Source of the DNA: Zygophlyctis sp. KS116
Lineage: Eukaryota; Fungi; Chytridiomycota
Direction: 5' to 3'
NCBI GenBank assembly: GCA_054661495.1
Contig: BAAFSQ010000450.1
Location: 1 to 6,194 of the forward strand
Length of the DNA: 6,194 nucleotides
Shown here piece by piece: positions 1 through 6,194 of this stretch. The notes under the pieces are model-generated. The model worked only from the letters and a program-made list of their open reading frames with translations. It was not told where the DNA came from and searched no databases. Numbering within the stretch: position 1 is the stretch's first letter; each line of letters opens with the position of its first letter. Made by a program: the position numbers and the translations under genes.

Positions 1-3000
1 CTGATAATTGTCCTGAAAGAGATTCAGTATCCATTTGGCGAAATGATAAATTGTCTAGAGCGGCAAAGATTCGAATCAAATGAGAAAAAATTGGTCCTTT
101 TCCGCTCCACCATCCAATATTGTAGCTGATCTGCTGGATATTGTCTTTTAGCCATTCAAAGAGTAAATTGAGCTGTGAGCTATTTAAGGGAAGATTTCTT
201 AAGGCTTTTGAGGCTCTATGAATATCAACCAAAGACTCTCTACGAGGATTAGCAGATTCGGGAGGGAATAAAATGTTTGAAACATGTAATTCTTGCTCGA
301 TCAAGCTCTTTATGGTACAATCATGTTCAAAGAATAGACTTGAAAGTATGCGGTCTGCAATCAGCTCTTGTTGATCCTTTGTAAATATTTTAGAACTGAT
401 ATAATCGTAAAATGCGGAATGAATATAATGTAGATCAATCTTTTCCTATTTTATATATAAAAATGTTTCTTACCATGTTTAAAAACTTTGCCATTAAATC
501 TCCAGCAAATTGTTGAATTTCAGACTCTTCATCTCCCATTAATTGGTTTATATTGAAAAGCAATGGTATTAGAACTAATTTTTCAGTACAAAGATTTATC
601 AAGTAAGAATTTGAAATTGCCTGTAATGCAGACATCCTAATCATTTTGGGCTATTTTAATCAATCATACCAAAAGTTACCTGTCGTTCATTTGTATGCAT
701 ATTAATGTTTTCAATGAATTTTGTGATCAATTCTTCATCAATCCTGGATTTTTTGGATGACTATCATTAAATTAAAATTAAATACAAGAGAAATTAAGGA
801 TCCTAGACAGGGTAGGTATACATCAACAAAAAAATTGGATGATACACATTTTTCAAATTTTGAAAGCATACCAGATGTAATACTAATATTTTCTACTGAT
901 GTTATATTCCGCGTAGCTAGAAAGTGACTAGCACAACGCAATATTTCTTCTTTTGTGGTTTGAGAGTTTAGTAATAAGAGACATGAATCTATAATCTCTT
1001 GCAAACTTAAAAATTCATGAAGACTACCAGAATTCAGGAACTCGAATGTGGCTATTTGCACTTCATAAAAATGATGTGAAATAAGACTGGCAACTTTAAT
1101 ATCAGCATCAGCGTAGAATTCTTCTATTCCATGCAAATAAATCTCTGTTTTTGCAGTTAATGAGCCATAAGATAATATCTTGAGATTTGCTGATTTTCTT
1201 AGACCGTCCCTGGATAGTTTCCACAACTTTTTTCTTGCTTCAAAGCTTTCCTGATTCTTCCAAACACTGAAGTAAACCCGGAAGCACAATTTGAAGTAAA
1301 GGGATTGTATGACATCACATTGCATCAAATCAATCCATGTCCATTTTTCACAATGTTTTTGTATTTCAAAGATCATTTCTTGTGAAACTGATCTGTTCAG
1401 TATTTCGGTCAGGAGCAAAATATAACCATGTATCAAGTTCAAGTTTAAAATCTGATAATTTAGAAATATGACTGCATCCCTGATCAAGTCTTTCATGCAA
1501 CATAAAGGTAAAATTGACTTAACAGCTAGTTCACGGACTTTGAATGTAGGAAAAGCCAAACAATTCATAATCGGATCCTTTAAATCAGGAAATTGAGACA
1601 TTAAGTTTGACGGGCGAACTAGTAATGAGATACGTAAAGTACTTACATTTTGAAATTAATATTAAAATAGGAAATAAAGTGGGATGAATTTTACCCTGTC
1701 TATTAACTAATATTTTATCTTACATTTTTAAATTCAGCAGTCGACAAGGCCAGATAATCCACAATCACCTTACGAAGATTTGGGTAAGCAGTAAAAAACT
1801 CCCGTCCTGTCACCCCACTTAAATGAGTGCCTGATTTGGATTCTTGAGACTTCAGTCCTTTAGATACCAAGACAGTAAAAAGCATAGTTGCAGAGTTTCT
1901 AATAGGAAAAAAGACTGATGAAAATGATTCAAAGCAGATACAAAGCGCATTTTCAATGTAATGCTTTGTTCCATGAATAGACTCTGAGTGCAGTAAAATT
2001 GCTCTAATGACATTCAGTGCATGTACCTGTGGCAAATCGACCTTTTCATTTAAAGACAATGGAACTGGCTGCTTAGCTGCATCGAATAATTTATCCATAG
2101 TTTTTGGTAATAGGATCTTTCTTCCAAAATCTGAAGTTCCAACTATTGCATAAATAGCAGTAGGGAACCCGGCACTTCTCCTTGTATATGATGTGCCCCC
2201 AGAGATGATGTACCCATAAAATTTATCTAGCCATTTCTCAACAAGTTCCTCATATGTTTCAATTTTTGAGTGTAATAAAATTGCAATGAAATCCTCAAAA
2301 CTGGCGCAAACTGCCGATATCGCACCTCTATGCCTTACAACTGCCAGAAGATCACAAAACGTATCGCCAAATCGAGATATCAAGTCGTAATTAATACTAT
2401 CAGAATAATCATCTTCAGGCCTTTTCAAAGAATGTTTCATGATCGTAACAAGAAAAGTGCTAGCTTCTTTAAGCGTACGAAAGCATTGATGGGATATGAG
2501 TTGTGATTTTGACTGAAGATCGAGAGATTCAGAATTTGATAAAATAATCGCTTCCATCTTAAGGTGTACGTCCTTGAACGATGCAGGTAGATTTCCCTCT
2601 AATATGAGACTAGCACGAACATACCTGGTGAGTCATCGGCACAAACAACCAAAACAGAATGAATAGCACGATGTACTAGATTCACTACGAGATTTCTATC
2701 AATACTTATCTCTTTGTTTTCAATTAAATTATTTAAAACAGATAAAAAGGGATATATAGGATTTTCTAGAGCACATTTCCATAAGTTCTTTTCAGCAATC
2801 TGGATATTAGATTCTAAAATCTCTAAAATAGTATTCACAAAATCTAAAGTTAATTTAGTTTCATCATACCAACACCATTTGGTTTTAGGCTATCGAAAAT
2901 AACCATCGACATCAAAATCCCTCCTTCTATTTGGCTTTGATGCTTACTATTTAATAGCTTTAAAACCATTTCTTTATTGTCATGTAAAGAATCAAACAAT

Positions 3001-5181
3001 TCAGTAGTATTAAACCTCTGTAATAAATTGAAAGATTTCCTCCGATCAGGTTCATAGTCAGAATGAATTATGAAATGCAGTAGACTTTGACATAAAGCAG
3101 TATCAAAGAAGTTTGGTAATCCGGGTATTTCATCCAAATCTGATTCTTCTAGCTGTAAAATTAAAGAATCGTGCCATTCAAAAATAATCGAGATAAATTC
3201 AAGAGATGATGATGATCTCTGTATATTCGCTCCTGGAAAAAGAGACATTATCTTTTCTATAAATTTGAAAAAAATATACCATAAAATTGTGAACCCAGTT
3301 TAAAAAATCCATTTTCTCTTGCAGCTTTGCTTTCTCCTGGTTTTGCTCATTTTGATCAGCATCTTTGCAACCGATATCTGATAAGTATTTTTCAGATCTT
3401 GTTATATTTCTATGAAGTGCATATATAACTGATTTTAATCTGATCAATGCTTTTTTTATACCAGCAAAAAGTTCTGATTTATAATTTTGATTGTGATTAT
3501 TAATGTCTATGATTAATGCTTCTTTAATCAGATTGAGTTCCTCTGTAGTAAAATCCGATAGTCCTTTTACATGGCTAGTCAAAATGATCCAACCATCAAT
3601 TCTAAGAGAAAGATCTTGACTTCTTAGAATTGGTCTTAAAACTTGATTCACGTAAAAGGAATCTTTAGTAAACATATCAGCCATGTTATTAGCATGAGCT
3701 GCTTTTATAAGAGCAAGCTGTGCATACAAATAATTTTCTCTGTGTTTATGCTTTTGCATTTCTAGCTGAAATCCAGGAAAAATGGCCGGCCGTTGTTTCA
3801 AGACTGAAAGAAGTATGCCTTCACCAACCATCTTTCTTGTCTGCTCACAAAAAAGATGAGTTATTATTATGTCATACCACCAATAAGAAGATATAGCTCC
3901 TTCTTCTGCGGCAACAGAACTTGAAATAATAATCTGACATAGAAATTGAAGAATTTTGGTAGGATGCGGTATAATTTTTAAGAAATTAAAAGCCTGATCA
4001 ATCAAGTGCATATATCTGGTTATTATATCTTTTGTGCCATGCCTAGCCACGAATAGAGTCAACATATCAAATTTAGATCTACTTAAAGGATCCAAATTGA
4101 CCAGTAACTCTAAAACCTTATCTTTGACTTTTTGAAAACATGTTAATCCTAAAACCGTTCCAAAAAGAGATTTAAGATTTTCCTTTATATTTTCAAATGG
4201 CAATTGCAACTTTTCTATAATCATGAGTATAGTATCATAGATTTGTGTTTCAATTTCAAATTCTTGTACAGCAAGAAACCAATCTAACAGAGCCTGTATA
4301 GCTAAAGAATGAATTAAACCTGAAGAATTTTCCAAGATTTCCATGATTGCCTTGAATGAGAATTCCCAGACAGTATCATCCTTTACCCTAATTGACAATA
4401 TTTCTCTAGAATTCAGTAAAAATACTCCCCTCCACACACTTAAAACTGAGTATATATTTTCCAATGGTCTAGTTTGATCAATTTTAATTTGTGAAATAGT
4501 AGAATTTTTGTCTTTTGATAAATTTAATAATTTCATCCAGTCCATACAATTACAAGAATGATTTAATTGCATCAATAGAATCCCTGATAATTTCTGATTT
4601 TCCTTAAAAACCTCACTAGAATCCAATATTGCCACGAGTTGATTTATAAGATTTTGAGTCTGATTTATATTTTCTTTTAGAAATATACAATCTTTAAAAT
4701 TACCCATGAGACATTTTATCCCCCTTTGAATAGATAGTAGCTTTCTCTCTAATGAAAAATCCAATTTCCCAAGCACACCCGACGGCTCTTTCAAGTAAAA
4801 ATTTTCGCATTTTGTTAACCCTTGCCAGATCTTGTTAAAATAAATCTTGATAACGCCTTGCACAGCCTCCTCTTCCCAGCCCAGAGTATAGGTTAAAATC
4901 AAAATCTTAGGGTCTTGATTTAAACTTTCTACTAGGTTTGTGAATTCCAGGGTTAATTTAGATTCCAAATTTCTATTTAGAGACAGTGCTAGACTCATTA
5001 ATTTCTGTAAATCATTTCTTTCACCTAGGTCTATATCTCTATAAAAATATAAATCTAAACTCCATTGTAAGACCAAATCTAGATCAGAATCACTTAATTT
5101 CCTTTTTGATAATAGATCTTTACAGAAATTGTAAATTTTTCTAGACTTGTTCATCTTTTTTTGTAATTCTAAATCTTGCAT
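1..5181 (-). CDS. THADA: THADA / Trm732-like protein (tRNA 32 2'-O-methyltransferase Trm7 regulator; DUF2428, ARM/HEAT repeats), 9 exons, 3'-partial. Exons: 5181-3280, 3251-2870, 2843-2625, 2598-1724, 1695-1647, 1618-786, 760-680, 650-474, 445-<1
   Basis: Hallmark THADA/DUF2428 motifs occur in the expected order: SLFPGANIQR, DDSPEG (formed only after splicing), CFRTLKEAS, VRHRGAI, TRRSAGFP, DLPQVHALNVIRAIL, IRNSATMLF, VTGREFFTAYPNL, IHPTLFPILILISK (49-nt exon absent from the ORF track), VRELAVKS, LMGDEESEIQ. Removing eight GT..AG segments gives one open frame of 4963 nt (1654 codons +1) with no stop before the window edge. Confidence 0.95.
446..473 (-). other. THADA intron 8, 28 nt, phase 0 (GTAAGAAACATTTTTATATATAAAATAG)
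   Basis: GTAAGA donor. Joins AKFLNM to EKIDLHYIHSAF..., a frame that stays open for 148 codons to the window edge. Confidence 0.88.
651..679 (-). other. THADA intron 7, 29 nt, phase 0 (GTAACTTTTGGTATGATTGATTAAAATAG)
   Basis: CAG|GTAACT donor. Joins NERQ to PKMIRMSALQAI, in frame with ORF 435..644. The internal GTATGA donor would lead to a stop. Confidence 0.88.
761..785 (-). other. THADA intron 6, 25 nt, phase 0 (GTATTTAATTTTAATTTAATGATAG)
   Basis: Nearly pure A/T GT..AG segment. Removal shifts into the open frame SSKKSRIDEELITKFIENINMHTNERQ. Confidence 0.85.
1619..1646 (-). other. THADA intron 5, 28 nt, phase 1 (GTAAGTACTTTACGTATCTCATTACTAG)
   Basis: Perfect GTAAGT donor. Yields ILILISK-F-RPSNLMSQFP, matching the family pattern LFPILxLLSRLxPS and in frame with ORF 738..1601. 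Confidence 0.93.
1696..1723 (-). other. THADA intron 4, 28 nt, phase 0 (GTAAGATAAAATATTAGTTAATAGACAG)
   Basis: GTAAGA donor and CAG acceptor. Joins AEFKN to GKIHPTLFPIL. The TAG 4 nt earlier gives ACA GGG TAA (stop). Confidence 0.9.
2599..2624 (-). other. THADA intron 3, 26 nt, phase 1 (GTATGTTCGTGCTAGTCTCATATTAG)
   Basis: GTATGT donor. Splicing (G|AG) recreates the conserved SPEG motif, ADDSPEGNLPASFKDVHLKMEA, in frame with ORF 1715..2557. Confidence 0.95.
2844..2869 (-). other. THADA intron 2, 26 nt, phase 1 (GTATGATGAAACTAAATTAACTTTAG)
   Basis: GTATGA donor and TTAAC-TTTAG end. Removes an in-frame TAA and joins ...PNGV-D-FVNTILEIL. Confidence 0.9.
3252..3279 (-). other. THADA intron 1, 28 nt, phase 0 (GTATATTTTTTTCAAATTTATAGAAAAG)
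   Basis: Joins ...FLNWVHNFM to IMSLFPGANIQR. It needs the AAG acceptor, because the TAG 5 nt earlier gives AAA AGA TAA (stop). Confidence 0.75.
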
Positions 5182-5355
5182 TTTGCTTTTTCTAACCTTG
5201 CCCTTGTTTACTGTTAGACCCTAAAGTTGAAGTCCTGTAACCCAACCTCTAAACTTGCACTAAATTTTCAGCGTTTTCAGCGTTGAGATCTTAAAGTTCA
5301 TTATTAAGACATCTTTCAAAATTATAAAGAGATCTTTTAAAAGTAAAAGTAAAAA
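5182..5355. promoter_or_regulatory. Putative bidirectional promoter / 5' UTR region between the divergent THADA and Mim2-like start codons (174 bp)
   Basis: Positional inference from head-to-head ATGs at 5181 (-) and 5356 (+), both preceded by AAA. Contains a central TTTTCAGCG x2 duplication. Confidence 0.55.
5265..5284. repeat. Short tandem direct repeat, 9-bp unit TTTTCAGCG x2 plus TT
   Basis: Read directly: ttttcagcg ttttcagcg tt. Confidence 0.8.
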
Positions 5356-5535
5356 ATGGAAGAGGACTATACAACTGCCTCAGAGACTAGTTTAGAACAC
5401 CCACAAGTTGAAGATAAAGTTGACAAAAGATGGAATGATTTACTTGTATTAACATTGATCAGTTTACCAATTCTCTGTAGAATATCTGGAAGATTTGTTG
5501 CAAAATATCTACTCAAGAACTTGTTCCGATTTTAG
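5356..5535 (+). CDS. MIM2: Small single-pass membrane protein, likely mitochondrial import protein Mim2-like (59 aa: MEEDYTTASETSLEHPQVEDKVDKRWNDLLVLTLISLPILCRISGRFVAKYLLKNLFRF)
   Basis: ATG in AAAAAATGG context, acidic N-terminus, a Trp before one hydrophobic segment, then LPILCRISGRFVAKYL and a basic tail. This matches the Mim2 pattern LPxLGK/RxxGRxxAKxL as I recall it from S. cerevisiae Mim2. It is shorter than any ORF listed in the track. Confidence 0.72.
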   Translation: MEEDYTTASETSLEHPQVEDKVDKRWNDLLVLTLISLPILCRISGRFVAKYLLKNLFRF

Positions 5536-6036
5536 AATTTCATTCATTAAATTCATTCCATTGGAAAATATAGGTTTTAGCGAACCAATTTCTAAATGGC
5601 TGAGATTATCCATCTATTGTAAGTCTAGCAAATTTACTTGTAGGTAATATTGATCCAATTGTTGTAAACCAGACTGAATTTTACGTTCTCGGACTTCCCA
5701 AATATCTTGAATGAGACTCTTGATCTCTTGAGAATCTAATAATTTAGCAATTTCCAAATAATAAAATGGAAGAGAAGAGAATCCAATTTGAGATTTTTCT
5801 TCTTCTAATTTACTAGACAATTCTGTAGAATTTAACCAATCAGGAGGAACTATAGACACTTTTCCTTTTTTAAAAAGACTTTTCGCCATCCAAAGAGGAA
5901 CAAAAGACTTGAATGGAGGTTTAAACGGTCCAAAATTACCAGAAATTGTAGAAAAAACAGGTAAACTTTCCAATGGAATAATTTCAATAATTTCAAATTC
6001 AGAGAGAAATTCAATTTCAGCACATGATAAATTCAT
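5509..6036 (-). CDS. PSF2: DNA replication complex GINS subunit Psf2, 167 aa; exons 6036-5638 and 5613-5509
   Basis: Psf2 motifs AEIEFLSE, IEIIP, ISGNFGPFKP, VPLWMA, SIVPPDWL, FSSLPFYYLEIAKLL, IQDIWEVRERKI. After splicing the C-terminal motif LQMDNLSHLEIGSLKPIF (family pattern LxLDNLxxMEINxIRPxF) appears. Stop TAG at 5511-5509. Confidence 0.95.
5614..5637 (-). other. PSF2 intron, 24 nt, phase 0 (GTAAATTTGCTAGACTTACAATAG)
   Basis: GT..AG segment whose acceptor TAG is the in-frame stop of ORF 5614..6036. Removal gives GLQQLDQYYLQMDNLSHLEI, which fits the Psf2 C-terminal motif without an insertion. Confidence 0.9.
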
Positions 6037-6194
6037 TCTGTCTGAACAATTGCTGTTGTTTTGCTATAAACGATTTACTTACAGCTCTACGCCTGGACCT
6101 TAAAGATTCACCATCAGTTGCCATGATCGGACAATCCAAGAGCAGTCTAAAGTGCAACTATCCAGAGATATAATGCCTCTATTGCAAATTTAAA

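Noticed and set aside
1915-1941. Possible hidden in-frame 27-nt intron GTATCT...CATCAG in THADA exon 4
   Set aside because: It would delete the FESFSS segment that precedes the conserved IRNS motif, and the donor is weak. Most likely coding.
2714-2902. Plus-strand 62-aa ORF from the track
   Set aside because: Antisense shadow of THADA exons 2-3 with no recognisable motif.
4674-4703. Possible hidden in-frame 30-nt intron GTAATT...CTAAAAG in THADA exon 1
   Set aside because: It is not needed for frame, lies outside the observed 24-29 nt range, has an AAG acceptor and encodes plausible helical sequence. It cannot be fully excluded without RNA-seq.
435-5181. Reading the six minus-strand ORFs as separate genes, an operon or a frameshifted pseudogene
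   Set aside because: Every break coincides with a GTAW..AG segment of 25-29 nt whose removal restores one frame with THADA motifs in order.
5221-5246. Extra 5' THADA intron (the frame is open 13 codons upstream of ATG 5181 to an acceptor-like CTTTAG)
   Set aside because: The only donor at a suitable distance is GTTGGG (not GTAW), and no in-frame upstream ATG exists before a stop.
5614-5616. TAG readthrough or stop-codon reassignment in PSF2
   Set aside because: Readthrough would insert 8 residues into a conserved motif. The segment is a clean GT..AG, and the THADA breaks involve frameshifts that recoding cannot fix.
6075-6085. TACTTACAG resembling a U1 snRNA 5' end
   Set aside because: It is simply the complement of a GTAAGT donor-like site, and I see no U1 stem-loops or Sm site downstream.
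5909-6103. Plus-strand 64-aa ORF from the track
   Set aside because: Antisense to the conserved Psf2 N-terminus with no recognisable motif.
6101-6194. Possible 3' end of an upstream minus-strand gene (FKFAIEALYLWIVAL* or GIISLDSCTLDCSWIVRSWQLMVNL*)
   Set aside because: Too short, the frame is ambiguous and there is no recognisable homology. It needs the adjacent window.
1-6194. Mobile elements, CRISPR arrays, tRNA or rRNA genes, introner-type repeated introns
   Set aside because: None seen. The nine introns share no sequence beyond splice signals and lack terminal inverted repeats.

Overview
AT-rich, very compact eukaryotic genomic DNA, most likely fungal (an early-diverging, chytrid-like lineage is my inference only). 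The six minus-strand ORFs between 435 and 5181 are pieces of one gene, a THADA/Trm732 (DUF2428, ARM/HEAT-repeat) orthologue. It has at least 1654 codons, is split by eight GT-AG introns of only 25-29 nt and runs off the left edge. A PSF2 (GINS subunit 2) gene lies on the minus strand at 5509-6036 with a 24-nt intron. Between them is a 59-codon plus-strand ORF (5356-5535) absent from the ORF track that resembles the fungal mitochondrial import protein Mim2. It is divergent from THADA across 174 bp, and its CDS overlaps the PSF2 CDS tail-to-tail by 27 nt. The most notable signal is a uniform population of ultra-short (24-29 nt) spliceosomal introns with GTAW donors, no polypyrimidine tract and a branch-like YTNAY 7-10 nt from the acceptor. 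All intron calls are inferred from reading frame and remembered motifs, with no transcript data.
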